Assembly (NCBI RefSeq): GCF_964355755.1
Contig: NC_092676.1
Span: 3,325,888-3,389,887 of the forward strand
Length of the DNA stretch: 64,000 nt
Reading direction: 5' to 3'
Origin: Antedon mediterranea
Taxonomy: Eukaryota > Animalia > Echinodermata
The notes under the pieces were generated by a model, which saw only the letters and a program-made list of their open reading frames with translations, made no database searches and was not told where the DNA came from. A program made the translations under genes and the position numbers. This document shows positions 38,213 through 52,691 of this stretch, piece by piece (the first letter of the stretch is position 1; each line of letters opens with the position of its first letter).

Positions 38213-39861
38213 TTATATCACTGATGTTCCAAAATATGTATATACACAAGTTACAAATCTAATATATAATTTTATTTGGAACAATAAAAGGGAAAAGATA
38301 AAAAGAAAAACTCTAATTGGTGATGTTGAGATGGGAGGCATTAAAATGCCTGATTTTACTCTTCATGTTAACGCACTCATGTGTGGCTGGTTAAAAAGAA
38401 TTATGAATGATGATGGTGCTAAATGGAAAAATATTCCAATGTATTATATTAAAAAAATGTGATGTTAATGTTTTACTTAATATGTCATGTTATAACATTA
38501 TTGATGTTAATTCTGATAAAATTCCACTGTTTTACAAAAATATGATAAAAGCCTACATAAATTATAACAGAATCTCTAAAAAAAAAACCTGAAACTTATA
38601 ACGATATAATGAATGAGCAACTGTGGGGAAACCCCAACGTTAAACTAAAAAAAAAATCGCTTTTCTACAAGCATTGGATTGACAGTGGCATTATCAGTAT
38701 TAAAGACATTGTTAATAAGAACACTTTTTTAACATCAAACGAAATACTGGTGAAACTACAATGTAAAACAAACTGGTTAAATGAGTATTTGTGCATTATT
38801 AAGGCAATACCAATTCAATGGAAACGTATTATTAAGGAGGTAGATATTTTCAATTGTGATGATAATGATGAATTAGTTGGGACCAAGTATGAGATTAATA
38901 CTACCAAACTAATATACTCATGGTTTGTGAAAGAATATTTCATTATTCCAATGTCACAACTAAAATGGGAAGAGTACTTCAATGATAACAACATTGATTG
39001 GAAAACTTCTTGGTTACGGAAAGTATGTAAAATGAAAGATAAGAAACTAGCACAATTCAATTATAAGATGTTACATAGAATACTGCCTACCAACAAACGG
39101 CTGTATCAGTGGAAAGTTAAGGAAACACAAACGTGTGACAAATGTGGAGAAATTGAAAATGAAAATCATTTGTTTTTTAGTTGTAGATTTATTCAGAAAT
39201 ATTGGAGGAAAATGCTTAGTATCTTTGTAAGTTTAAATCACAATAATATATCATTTAAACAATTAATACTAGGAACGGGAGATAAGCTAATAGATTATAT
39301 TTACACTTTTGCAGCATTTACTATTTATAGAATAAAAATGTTATCTGCACTAAATAAGCCAGTGGGTAAATCTTTATGGAATTCATTTAAAAGCAATATG
39401 TTATATAACATTGAATGTGAAACATATAACAATAAAGAAACAAGTATAGAAAAATGGGTTGGTTTAAGAAATAAGATTATGATAATATAATTTCTAATTT
39501 GATACGATTAACCGAAAAAGAATTACAGTGATAGGGGTTACTGGTAGTACTGAGCTATTATTGTTTTTTTTTATCATGTATATAAATATATTGTATAATC
39601 CGGGTTGTAAAATGAAAACAAACAAATGAAAATGTGTGAGCTATTTTAAAACGGGATAGATGATAATGATGATCCTGTCAAGTGTATAACCAAAATATAA
39701 GAAAATTAATGAAAAAAGGAGTAATACAGAATTCATATATGTAAAAATGTTACTTATGAACTGTAACGACATTTACAAGTTAAATAATACGATTTTATGT
39801 AATATGAGATAATATGAATGTGAATAAAAGTGGTGTTTGCGCCACAAAAGAGAGAAAAAAA
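38213..39861 (+). mobile_element. 5'-truncated L1/Tx1-type LINE (ORF2 C-terminus, 3' UTR and A-rich tail)
   Basis: FIWNNKREKIKRKTL..GGIKMPD, EQLWGNPN, FNYKMLHRILPTNKRL, CDKCGEIENENHLFFSC. TSD AAGAACGAATTTAT at 38199-38212 and 39862-39875; paralogous empty site at ~53008-53021. Confidence 0.88.
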
Positions 39862-40815
39862 AAGAACGAATTTATAAAATATATATAATAACATGATTAA
39901 CAACCTAATGAACGAAAAAAAAAACAACAAAATAACAAAATAACTAAACCTAACCTATATGGATGAAAAATAAATGAAAAGACATCCGTAATGATTAACA
40001 TAAAAATCCCCGAAATATTTTAATGGGAAAAATCATATGTATATAAGAAAATTAAAATGTATATTTCAAATATAATATTTTAGTTATAGTTTTCTAAGTG
40101 AAGACCAATTCATTTTAATTCAATTAGTGGTTATTATAATATGTAATATATATAAATACTACGACCTCTAGAGGAAGCAAAGGAGCCCTCTTAATTTGAC
40201 AATGTTTATTTAAAAACTTTCCTAAATAAAATAATCTCGGACATTTATTCAATAACTATAATAGCCTTCTCCTTATCTATTCATACAGAACCAGCAAAAC
40301 AAATGTGAAAACGTATAAACAAAGATGCGACAATAACAAAAATCGTTTTCAACATTATGTAGAAGTAGATCTCCACAATACATTACAACACAGGGATACT
40401 TCAGCGTTGCGTTTTAGTCAAAATCGTCACTCTAGGGGGCGATATACAGTTGTACTACAGGAGCTTTACCTCTCAATAATAGAATAAGATATGTTTACAA
40501 AACTTTAGACCGGATGCGCAGTTTATTTTTGCATATAGCATGTGATCAGGTTTGATGTATCAATACAGTGACTAGATACAGGACAGGAATCAGATCGAGT
40601 GAATGCTTAAACTGAGTACGATTTTATAACAACGCGAGTATCAACTATCAATAAGGTTTACATTATAAACATTATTGTTTAATCATCAGAATTTACCTAC
40701 GTCTATTTGTGTACGTTTTTGTTTCATCATAAATCTCTAGTTGGGAAATTGATTTAAACTGGACTAAAGTAATATTGGAAGCTCAACTAGAAACTACCAA
40801 GTCGCAGTGTTTATA

Positions 40816-42259
40816 ATGGCTCATCATCATTGCTTGTTGTGCCTGATTGTATTGTATAGTATATTTTACGACTGTTTTGCTCGAATTTATATTTTCACAG
40901 AAGATCCAAAATTGGTTCTTATTGCAAAAGGAAACACAGCAAGGCTATCGTGTGCATGGACACCAGAATTGTATGAACTGCATAACTTTGAATGGATATT
41001 ATTCCCTCTGAATGGTGGTGAGCCTCAATCAATTAGAATGTCAAATTCAAAATACAATCTAACAAATGACGCAACATCTTCGAATCTTTCCATTTCCAAT
41101 GTTGATTTCCATAACGCGGGAATATACAGGTGTGATATCACCGGAATAAATGAATACAGTTTTTCTAATGAGGCTTCTGTAGTGATAGGAGAAATAACGT
41201 GCAATCCAGAGAATGATAATGGTGAAATAGGAACAACAGTGACATGTTCTTATCCTCCTTCTTATCCTTCAAATGATATTGATTTACGATGGTATAAAAA
41301 CGGAAATATAGTAATATCAGACACACAAGTCAAACACGTTTTAGAATCAAGAGCTTTGACTGCTGAAGACGATGGAGCTGTATTTACTTGTAAAGCTTTT
41401 ATCTGAAATCAAGTGATAGGAACTTGTCAAACTACTTGTAAAGCTTCAATCGGACCAAAACGTCATGTGATCGGAACTTGTGAGACTACTCCGCTAGTAT
41501 TGAATATAGATGCAGAGATTGAACAATCACCGCCTGGTCCACTTCAGGTTGGTGATAGCTTTACCCTTACCTGCTCAGTGAAAGGTAATCCTGATTATTA
41601 TAAATATGAATGGACGTGGAATGACAAACCTGTAGGATCGTCACCAAATGAAAGAAGATTTGCAATAGTGAGTGTGCTTATTGTGAAGGATGTAACAAGC
41701 AGTGACAATGGCAAAATAGTTACTAGTTATAATAGTTACTACTAATAGGTACTATTAGTCGTAGTGGTCGTGACACTAGCACAGCGAGCTATACAATAAA
41801 CGTGCTTGAGAATTTTTTGGGTAGGCCTACAACTACACAATTGCAAACAACACCAGGTAGACGTACGCAACAAGTCGTTACAAACCAACTATCAGAAACT
41901 AATATCTCTTCGGGTGACGAGCCCCCAACACTAAAGGTTGTTATTAGTGTACTTGCAATTTTACTCGTAGTTTCTGTAATATTTATAATATACACGTATT
42001 TGCAAAAAAGAAACGTATCTAGGGACAACATAATTCCTTTAAATCGACCATCGAATAATATTCAACACAATTACGATTATGTTGCGTCTTCAGACCCACA
42101 GATCACCACGACAGACAATGACACACACACGTATGATTATGCCATATTATCCGTGTACACGCATCGCAAAAAAACCCAGTTCTGAATACATTGAAGTAGA
42201 AGACAGTTCCCATGAGGGCCCACAAAAACCAGAACAGAATATGACCGCATTCGAGAACG
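40816..42259 (+). pseudogene. Ig receptor copy 6 (5' part), multiply disrupted
   Basis: ATG 40816; in-frame TGA at 41404; duplicated loop segment 41384-41490; micro-duplication frameshift at ~41725-41750; breaks at 42259 within tail class A. Confidence 0.88.
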
Positions 42260-42790
42260 TTATTTGATTCTTTTTCATAAAAGTGCTAATTCTAAGATGT
42301 GGTGTTCAGAATAAATGTTGGGAGTTAAAATACAAGGCGGGTGCAAAAGATAAATATTTGTAATCTTAGTTCTTGGGTCTTAGCTTTCGTGATCTTAGGT
42401 CTTAGGGTGTCTTAGCTTTCGTGGTCTTAGGTTTCGTGACACCCCAATTTTGATTTACCTTTATGTTACAATTAAATGGCAAATTGTTTTAAAATTGTTT
42501 TTTTTTTCATACAGCTGATAAACAATAGCCATGCGGGGAAAGTGAATAGCGGGGAAAGTGAATAGCATGTACTGTAGTAATTATTATATATCAAGAATTA
42601 TATTTATAAAAATCATAACTATATAATATAGTCAGGGTCCTCGTGTATTTCCGTAGGATTTTAATGCCCAAAGTGAGATTTTACTTGATTTCACTTTATT
42701 ATGGTGCTAGGATACCAAAAATGTTAGGTAACAAATTTTCACGATCCCGTAACCATGGTAACAGCCCCAAATTCAAAATGGCGACCAAAT

Positions 42791-43405
42791 GGCCATATCT
42801 CCACAACCCTTTGGTCTATTGACAAGATATTGGCATCAAAATACTCGGAATATATATATTTATATTCGTTGTAATAGAACATTTTTACTAAATGCAACCG
42901 GAAATGCTATTTTCTGTACTATTGACCCTTGACCTTGACTCGTACTGTATCTTAAAAACGGCTGGTCATAGAAATTTTAAAATGGTCTCAAATTGCTCAG
43001 ACCTTATATATTTATATTTATTGTAATGCAATATTTTGTTAAAAAATGTCCGAAAGCAAAGTTATTGACCTTTGACATAGAGAATAGCTTACAAGGATTT
43101 TTATTCCGTAGTCTCTGGTCATATCTTCATAACCCTTTGGTCTATTGACAAGATATTGGTATCAAAATACTCGGAATAAATATATTTATATTCGTTGTAA
43201 TAGAACATTTTTACTAAATGTAACCGGAAATGCTATTTTTCTGCACTATTGACCCTTGACATTGACTCGAACTGTATCTAAAAAACTGCTGATTATAGAA
43301 ATTTAAAAATGGTCTCAAATTGCTCAGACCATACATATTTATATTTATTTTAATGGAACATTTTGTTAGAAAATGACCGGAAGTAAAGTTATTGACCTTT
43401 GACCT
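42791..43405. repeat. ~326-bp tandem duplication within a probable non-autonomous repeat (TGACCTT-rich, possibly Helentron-associated)
   Basis: aaccctttggtctattgacaagatattgg occurs at ~42805 and ~43131. Confidence 0.6.
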
Positions 43406-43912
43406 AATAAACATGAACTTTATGTATATAAGCATTTATCTATTTGAGCATGTATGGTCAATTGTTTGTGGTAGGGATTAAAAAAAAAGTTTATACATAT
43501 TATCATCATTCGAATATTTAATTTCTAATCACATATTTAGTTTTTATATATTTTATAAATAGTATATACTTTATAGTGTAAGCACATTTATCTATGTAAA
43601 CAACTTTGGACAATAGTAAAAATTACAGCAGAAATTCATTCATTCATCTACTTCACTAAAATGACGTAGCCAAATTGATTCTTCCTGCACTTTTCCTGAA
43701 ATGTTAATTGCTATACTTTTTACATTTTGGAGCTCCAAGAAACTGGAGCTCCAAAATTGGATTATAACATCTTTAATTACATCAGTACTATGCATTTATT
43801 GTGTCAGCATCCTTGTTGCCATTAAGACAGTCAAGGAGTGAGAGTGGTTGATTCTTCAACTTTTGTACCTTTAATGTTTGTTCTTGAAACACTTTCATAT
43901 AATGGTTTGTTT

Positions 43913-44121
43913 GTACACGTTTGTATCATTATTAGGTCATGCACAACTAGGTGACGTCATCTTAGTTATCTCATCTCATCTTCTCTAACGCGTAGATGTT
44001 TTAATATTTTCGTACTTAATTGTCACCTTGTCAGAAGTTGCTATGCCTTTGATACGCAATTTACCATTTTCGAACGTGGCCTCTTTGCTGGAAATACCCG
44101 TTGGTTGTAAGGACACATCAT
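43913..44121 (-). pseudogene. Inverted 3' end of Ig receptor copy 6
   Basis: Minus strand reads DDVSLQPTGISSKEATFENGKLRIKGIATSDKVTIKYENIKTSTR* and joins seamlessly to 42259 (gagaacg|atgatgtgtcc), as in copy 9. Confidence 0.88.
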
Positions 44122-44760
44122 CTTGTATTTTGACTCCAAATTTGTTAACTAACTTTATCCTGAATACCACACTTTAAAATTAGGACTTATAAGTACTTTC
44201 AGAAGGAGAAACACATAAAAACAAATAAATAAATCCTTTGAATTGATGATTTTACAGACGTGTTTCTTTGTATACTGTAACTCCTCCCATGCTGAATGTT
44301 TTTGTTTCTATGGAGCGCCAAAAGAGCAACAATAATAGTACAAGTATAAAAACAGAAAGAAAACGAAACAAAAAAACTTATTATCATGATTTTTAAATTA
44401 AAATTTATTTGCGAGTATTTATTTCTTCGTACTAGCATGATTATACTATTATCATTACAATTTTAATTTTACATTGTTCCGTCTACACTGTAGATCGACT
44501 CCACAGAGTTTTCAGCCCTCTATATAATTTTTGCTCTTTTGACGTTCCATAGAAACCAAAACATTGAACATGGGGTAGGCCTCTGTACTGTTAGGCTAGT
44601 CATGCGAAATTCGCAAACAGTATGTGTGCGATCGAGAAAAACGTCTGTAAAATCATCAATTTAAAAATGTATTTGTTACTTTTTATTTGATTCTTTTTCA
44701 TAAAAGTGCTAATTCTAAGATGTGGTGTTCAGAATAAATGTTGGGAGTTAAAATACAAGG
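44122..44760. mobile_element. Fold-back element with long imperfect inverted arms
   Basis: cttgtattttgactcc..ctgaataccaca..aattgatgattttacagacg pairs with cgtctgtaaaatcatcaatt..tgtggtgttcag..ggagttaaaatacaag. Its right end (44683-44867) is duplicated at 42260-42444. Confidence 0.7.
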
Positions 44761-44957
44761 CGGGTGCAAAAGATAAATATTTGTAATCTTAGTTCTTGGG
44801 TCTTAGCTTTCGTGATCTTAGGTCTTAGGGTGTCTTAGCTTTCGTGGTCTTAGGTTTCGTGACACCCATCAAAATTGGACCGAAATCATTCTAATACCAT
44901 TTGTACGGTACTGAACAAATAAATAAAACACTGTCAATTTGTTCTGAACGTCCCACA

Positions 44958-45000
44958 GTCATGTCATGTCATGCCATGTCATGTCCTGTCATGTCATGTC
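44958..45000. repeat. (GTCAT)n microsatellite
   Basis: gtcatgtcatgtcatgccatgtcatgtcctgtcatgtcatgtc. Confidence 0.8.
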
Positions 45001-45353
45001 CAAACGAAGGTGCGCGTAACGAACTAGGTAGAATTCCGATTAATTACTATTAAATATTGAGAATGATCAAGTATTGAATAAAAATAAATAAAATAGAAAA
45101 TAATAAATAAAAAAAAAATGCTACAAAACTCAAAGATCGTGGGCGGAAAATGGCAAAAACTGTTGGGCGTTCAAAATAAAACATGTTCTGGATAATTTCG
45201 GTTGTGGTGGAATAGTTTAATCAATGAAAACATTTTACCTATTATCTCACAAAGAATTAGGGATGTTGCATTGCAGAAATCAAATGAGAAAAAATAGTAT
45301 TATAATAATAATAGTAATAATAACACGTCTCAATTTTTACGAATTTATTAAAT

Positions 45354-45539
45354 TTGACAATTTTTTACGAACCTTATGTTTATGATTTAAGATTTAAGTA
45401 TAGAATATTAATATCACGCTTTAGATTATCTTTTCATAATACTTTGATTGAAAAGAGGCGACCTTTAAAAATTAATCTAGAGTCTAGAATATGTATGTTT
45501 TGTGATCAATTAAGTTTAGAAGATATATGTCTGATTTAA
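45354..45539 (+). mobile_element. Degenerate non-LTR retrotransposon ORF2 C-terminal fragment
   Basis: ISRFRLSFH..IEKRR..RICMFC..ED resembles the LINE C-terminal RxRLSxHxLxIE..RxCxxC..ED motif. Confidence 0.5.
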
Positions 45540-48500
45540 ATGTATACATTTAATAAAACAAACAAAAACAAACAGCTTAAAGAATATGTTTGTAAACAAT
45601 GAAACCCATAAAATTAAGACTTTTGCAACTTACTTATATAGGGCATAGGATAAAAGAAAAAAATCTGTATGTCCGTAAATAATATAAATTTTACTATGTG
45701 AAATGGGCCTGAAGCCATTGTTTATTGAAATAAAAGAAAGAAAGAATAACATAGTATAAAATGACTCCAAGTAACAATGCTTACAAAACAAAGGAGGGGC
45801 CAATGCGGGTTGAGGGTTACACATTTACTGTTATTACACCTAGGTCTAGTTTTGCAGCTAAATCTAGTGTTCCTTAGTTTAGAAAATCAAATCGTAAACC
45901 ACGCTCTCTAAGAGAAGACAGGCACTTAAGCAGTAAGTGTATCTTCTTCTAATTACTGTATTTGACAATGCAGTGTTAATGTTCAGAATTGTGTAATTCT
46001 TATTCTTGTCAGCATTTATCAGGTATTCCTGCCGTGTGTGGCAGCAGATAGCAACTTGCATAAAAGAAACAGGTATGATGAAAAGTTTTAGTTCTAAGTT
46101 ACTCGATAGGGGGCGGTATGCATTACTAGTTTTACCTATATAGAATGGAATATGTTAAAATAACTGTATACAGGTTACGTAGTTGATGCTAATATCACTT
46201 TAGCAGGAGTACGCTACAATACAGTACACAGTAATCTGAGTGTTTAAACAGAGTATATTTTTCAAACCTTCTTCCCAAGGCTTCTTTTTAATATTATGTT
46301 AGCGTAGATATTTCATTTTATTTATTCATGGTCAAACATAGTAAATACACACATGAAATTATTTTTGTTTGTTCAAAGTTAAAAATTCAAATAAAAATAC
46401 AAAAATGATGTTAAAATATACTATATCCTTATTCCATAATGAATAACAAAATTAGATTTTATTGAATATATAACTGTTTTTTTATAGATTATGTAGGCCT
46501 GATTTATTGTTATTATAAGAGAGCAAACAAATTTGATTTTTAATAAAGAGGATTTTTCAAATGTCTGTTGACAAATTGAAGCATTTATTTATTAAAGCAA
46601 CTGAGATCAACAGTAACGGCAATAAGAAAGGAAAAAATGGTCTATAATGGTTCTCTCTAAAACCTCGACTAATACGTCATTAGATTTGTATATAGATAAA
46701 ATATAGATATTCAACTATAAGCAAGAACTTAATTATTGAGAAACCAGAAAAGGGAAGGTATGAAGTATTAGAAAATAATAAGCAAGAATTGAAATCGTTC
46801 AGGAAAAAAAGTAAGCAAACATAAGCATCCTAACGTGACCACCAAAATGGTCTATGGTGGTTCTCTAAAACCTCGAATATACGTCATTAGATTTGTGTAT
46901 AGATATAATATAGATTTTCAACTATAAGCAAGAACTTAATTATTGATAGTTATTTACACGTTACAATTTTTTAATATGCTTTTAATAAATAAAAGGTATC
47001 AGGTATTACACACGTTGAAAAGAAATCTATCTTATTCTTTACTAATTTTTATTATAAGAAGATAGCAAACAACTTTAACCTAATAAACTTAATGAAGGTA
47101 ACACATTGAAAGTGAAACTATTAATTTGTGTTGATACTTTTTACTTGTTATTTAAGGAAACAATAACACTAGATTATTAACGAGCAATACGAAAACCACA
47201 GATTTATTAAATTGGTGTTTTTAACCGGTGATTTTGCGCTGCCTTTTAAATAACCAGTTACCACAAATTTGTCCTGTTTCTGCTCCCAAGAAAATGGAGT
47301 TAATTTATTCACACCGATTTTAATTTATTCACACCGATTTTAACCGATTGTTTTTAAGCAGCAGAAACAGGCCCTTAGTTTAACTAGATTAATCCAAGGC
47401 TACAATTAGATGGAAACATATACATATATTTATGTTTAGTTTGTTTCTGATAGTCCCTCCAACTCCTCCCCCACTCTATACCAGGCGGAGTTTGCGTCTA
47501 TTTCAGATATTACATCGTTTGCATTTAATTCTGGTGTCCATTCAAACGATAACGTTGGTTTGTTTGTTTGTTTTTATTGATTTTCCACACAAAATGAATA
47601 TGATAATTAAGTAACAATAAACATATAAATATATATATATAAGAAAGATGTGTGGCTTGTGGGCAAATAAGTTCAAAGAACTTTAAGGCTTACCCACCAG
47701 AAAAGATACAATAAACATTATCAAGTATGACGAGTAATTAATACATAGTAAGAATATAAAATAAGAAGTAAAAATACATAAGTAAAATAAAAAATTTAAA
47801 AAGTAGATAAATAAGAAAAACAGTAGTATAAGTTATTAAAATGAATCATAAGTGTTTTAAACTTTAGCATTTTCACAAGTAATAATAAGTTACGTAGTAT
47901 TCAAGTACTAATAAATTATTTATTATATTCAGAGACTAAAAGCTTTTTGTAGTTGTATTTAAAACTAGAAACTGTACATTTTCTTTTTAACTCTTGGTGT
48001 TTGTCTTTTCAGACAGTCCATTTGTGAACTATAAAACTTTGTAGTCAATGTAAGTTTGTATACATTATATAATTTAGGGTACTTATATTATAATTCGTTA
48101 CCTTAACCAATAATATGTTGATATATAATTTACTGGCATTATTGTTCGGTCATTGTACCCTTTTACCCACATCTATGAAAGTGAAAATAAAACACGATAC
48201 CGAACCACTTGATAAATCAATAAATTTTAAAATAGTTTCGTAAAACTTCCTACTTTCCTAATTCCTGTGTTATTCTTAGAACATCAAATCGTAAACCACG
48301 CTCTATAAGAGGAGAAGACAGACACTTAATCAGTAATTGTATCTTTTCATAAAAGAACAATATCTTTCTATATATATTTAAATCAATAGTATGTTGAAAA
48401 TACTGTATTTGACAATGCAGTGTTAATGTTCAGAATTGTGTAATTCTTATTCTTGTCAGCATTTATCAGGTATTCCTGTCGTGTGTGGCAGCAGACGGCA

Positions 48501-48883
48501 ACTTACATAAAAAGAAAAAAAAACAAGAATGATACAACGTTTTAGTTTTAAGTTACTCTATAGGGGGCGGTATGCATTACTAGTTTTACCTATATAGAAT
48601 GGAATATGGTTAAAATAACTGTATACAGGTTAAGTAGTTGATGCTAATATCACTTTAGCAGGAGTACGCTACAATACAGTACACAGTAATCTGAGTGTTT
48701 AAACAGAGTATATTGTACCAACAACGTGCACATGTGAGCATCTACAAAAAGTATTATAAAGGCTAATTTTAAGTCTAAGTATAATTGAATTTTGTATTAC
48801 TATTTCTGGACATTTTTGATCCATACAATCTTGAATTTGATGGGTAAGGTAATCGATATTGAAGTTTAGCAGACGTGTTTATA

Positions 48884-51183
48884 ATGGCTCATCATCAACA
48901 TTGTACATTGCTGATCGTTATATTGTATACAATTTTTTTACTGCTGTTGTGCACAAACCTATACTTTTACAAAACATCCACAATCGGTTCTCGTTACGGA
49001 AGGGCAAACAGCAACGTTGTCGTGTGAATGGACACCAGCACCAACACATGACGTTTTATGGTCTTTTTTCCCTCGTGTTGGTACGCCTAAATTAATTGAA
49101 AGTTTAACATTAAAATACAATGTAATAAGTAAAGCAACATCTTCAAATCTTTCCATTTTTAATGTTTATTCTGATGACGTAGGAAGATACAGATGTGATA
49201 TCTTGGATGGTGATTCATACAGTCTTTCTGAACTTGCTTCTGTTTAGTGCTAGCAGAAATAACGTGCAATCCAGAGAATGGCAATGGTGAGATAGGAACA
49301 ACGCTGAAATGTTCTTATATTTTGTCTCATCCGTTAGATAATGTTGATTTATTATGGTACAGATATGGAAGTGTAATTGAATCACATCACAAACAAATGC
49401 ATGTTTTAGAATCAAGGGTTTTGACTGCCGAAGACGATGGAGCTGTATTTACTTGTAAAGCCACAATGGGATCTCAAGTGATAGGAACTTGTGAAACTAC
49501 TCCGCTAATATTGAACATAGATGCAGAGATTGAACAATCACCACCAGGTCCACTTCAGGTTGGTGATAGCTTTAACCTCACGTGCTTTGGGAAAGGTAGT
49601 CCTGATCCTGGTAATTATATTTATGAATGGATATGGAACAACATTTCTGTAGATTCTTTGAAAAGTAATTGGCGATTTGCAATAAGCAATGTATTTACTG
49701 TGAAGAGTGCGACAACCAAAGACAATGGTGAAATAGTTACTTGTACTGTCAGTCGTGATGGACGTGACAGCAGTACAGCGAGCTATATAATAATAAAACA
49801 TTTCGGAGATTCCATTGAGTATATTAACTACACCTTTGCAATATTCTGTTACAGACCTATTACCATCAACCAATGTCTCGGACGACGAACCTCCAAAACT
49901 AACGATTGTCGTTGGTGTCGTAGCTCTTGTGATTTTGATAACAGCAATTATAATATACTTTTTACACAGAAGGCGCAAGAGCAATCAGTACGTCAACAAA
50001 ACAAAACCAATGACCCTACAATTACAGCCAAATTGTGGTCACATGGAACAACAAATTACATTTGTTGACAACAGAAATATACAAACTTCAGCAAGCAAGA
50101 GTCTAACACACAAGATACCAGTATGCATGAAAACCCTACCGTGTCAGCACAGGACACAATAAAAGAAAAGTATTATATGGTATCGGTAGACATTCACAAC
50201 CATGGAATCACTACAACATGCAACAGAAATGAATGTGATAGTGTGGATTTAACAACAGACAAGCACAATACTAAAATGGCAGCTGAAAGAGACAGCCAAA
50301 ATGACTGTGATTATGTGGAGTCAGCAACAGACAATCACAACATTGAAACCATCACATCAGGTAGCGTAAATGAGTATGATTATGTGGAAACATCATGCAA
50401 TGGAGCTAGAGTGAAGACTATCGGAAAAAACATTGAACTTGCCGATGACAACAGCAATTGTCCCAAGAGAAAGCCACTGAAAACAGAGAATAATAAGCCT
50501 ACAACGACTAAGTACAATAATGATTCAATGTCACAAGCAGATGTTTCCAGAAATGCCAGAGCTAATGATGAATTGTCCAAAAACAGTAAATTGCATCACC
50601 TCAAAGATATCACAAGCATGGCAACATCTGACGACCAGAACATGTATGAAAATGTTAAAATGCCGCGATTGAGGAAAGATAAAGTACTGCTTACAGTTAC
50701 AGGCAGTAGAGAAGATGACGTCACCACGGTACACGACGTGAATACAAAACCCAATACAAACGTGTACGAAAATTTATTTATTTTTTATTTATTTTCCACA
50801 TTTATTTAGTCATCAATTACAGTACATCATAATTACAGTACAACTGAAAACAGGGATCCTGCATAAAAAAGCTGTAGCTTCGTTTTTTTGTAGGACCCTT
50901 TGCTTCGATGTCAAAAACATGTGTTTCCAGAAAAAACAGAACCAACGATAAAGAGGCTGAGTATGAAAACAGTAAACTGCATCTTAAAGATATCACAAGC
51001 CTGACAACATCTGACGACCAGAACATGTACGAAAATGTGAAACGTGTGTTACGGAGACTGAGAAAAGATGGAGTAACCGTCATGGACAACCGCGAGGATG
51101 ACGTCACCCTAGTGCACGCGAATACACATGTGTACAAAAATGCACCAATACGAACAAAAGCAGTGAAGTCTGCTAAGAAATAA
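48884..51183 (+). pseudogene. Ig receptor copy 7 with several frameshifts and a long Tyr-repeat tail
   Basis: ATG 48884; shifts at ~48935 (T7), ~49245, ~49800 and ~50120. Pieces encode the V domain, domains 2-3, TM IVVGVVALVILITAIIIYFL, and tail motifs EYDYV, MYENV, VYEN and EYEN. Confidence 0.88.
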
Positions 51184-52029
51184 AACAAGTAAAACAGAAC
51201 CAAACGTACAGAATATTCATACAAACACAAGCAATAAGGGGTGTGACTTATTCTCAAGTAGTAAGTATTGTAAGACTAGTACGGACCATGACAGTTCCAT
51301 GGTACGATAAATAGAAAAGTAGGCTAAATATATACGTTGACATCTTGAATTATTATAGCAGAAACAAATATTATAAAGTATATATAGCAACATAGGCATA
51401 AGTGTCCTAATTTGACATCATTTGTTTAAATAGATAAAAAAAACACAAAAATGAAAGTATGCGTAATCGTCAAAGTGGTCTGTGTTGGTTCTCTATAAAA
51501 CATCGACTGTAGATTTTATATAAATATAATAGTTATAGATAATAAACTTTAAGGAACAACTTAATTATTGACAAACCAGAAAAGGGAAGATACGAAGTAT
51601 TAGAAATATTTAGCAAGAATTTAAAATAATACAGGAAAAAAAGTAAGCAAACATAGGTTACCTAACGTGACCGTCAAAATGGTCTATGACGGTTCTCTCT
51701 AAAACCTCGACTATACGTCATTATATTTGTATATAGATATTCAACTATAAGCAAGAACTTAACTATTGATAGTTATATACACGTTACAAGTTTGTAATTT
51801 TGTGAATATAGGCATATGCATTTAATAAATAAATAGTATCAGATGTTACAAACGTTATAAAGAAAGTTATCTTGTTCTTTATTATTTTTTTAATAAAAGA
51901 TAGCAAACAACTTAACTTAATAAAGTTAATGAAGGGAAAACATTGAAAATGAAACGTTTTGATAATTTGCTACTATGTTATTTAAGGAAACAATAACATT
52001 AAATTATAACCGAGCAATTCTTTAAATTA

Positions 52030-52691
52030 TAATGTATCTATTATTTAACAAAATGGCGCCTTTAACTCCGTGAAACGGAACAAGTTAGGCGTACATTTTA
52101 TTTTACGGTAATGTAAATATAGTAGGCCTACATTATTCTACAATGAATAGCAAAAATAAATTTCATGGAATTTACAATTATTTGTTTAGAGTATGTAGGC
52201 CTAATTGATTGTTATTAGAGGAGAGAAACAAATTTAATAAAGTGGATTTTTTCAGATATTTTTATACAAATTAAAGTATTTATTTATTAAAGTAACTGAG
52301 AGTAATAGTAATGACAAAAAATGATAAAGATTTTGGGAACTAAGAAATTATAAATGGTGATAATGTATCTATTATTTAACAAAATGGCGCCTTTAACTCC
52401 GTGAAACGAAACAAGTTAGGCGTACATTTTATTTTACGGTAATGTAAATATAGTAGGCCTACCTTATTCTACAATGAATAGCAAAAATAAATTTCATGGA
52501 ATTTACAATTATTTGTTTAGAGTATGTAGGCCTAATTGATTGTTATTAGAGGAGAGAAACAAATTTAATAAAGTGGATTTTTTCAGATATTTTTATACAA
52601 ATTAAAGTATTTATTTATTAAAGTAACTGAGAGTAATAGTAATGACAAAAAATGATAAAGATTTTGGGAACTAAGAAATTATAGATGGTGA
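52030..52691. repeat. Near-perfect 331-bp tandem duplication
   Basis: taatgtatctattatttaacaaaatggcgcc at 52030 and 52361. Confidence 0.9.
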
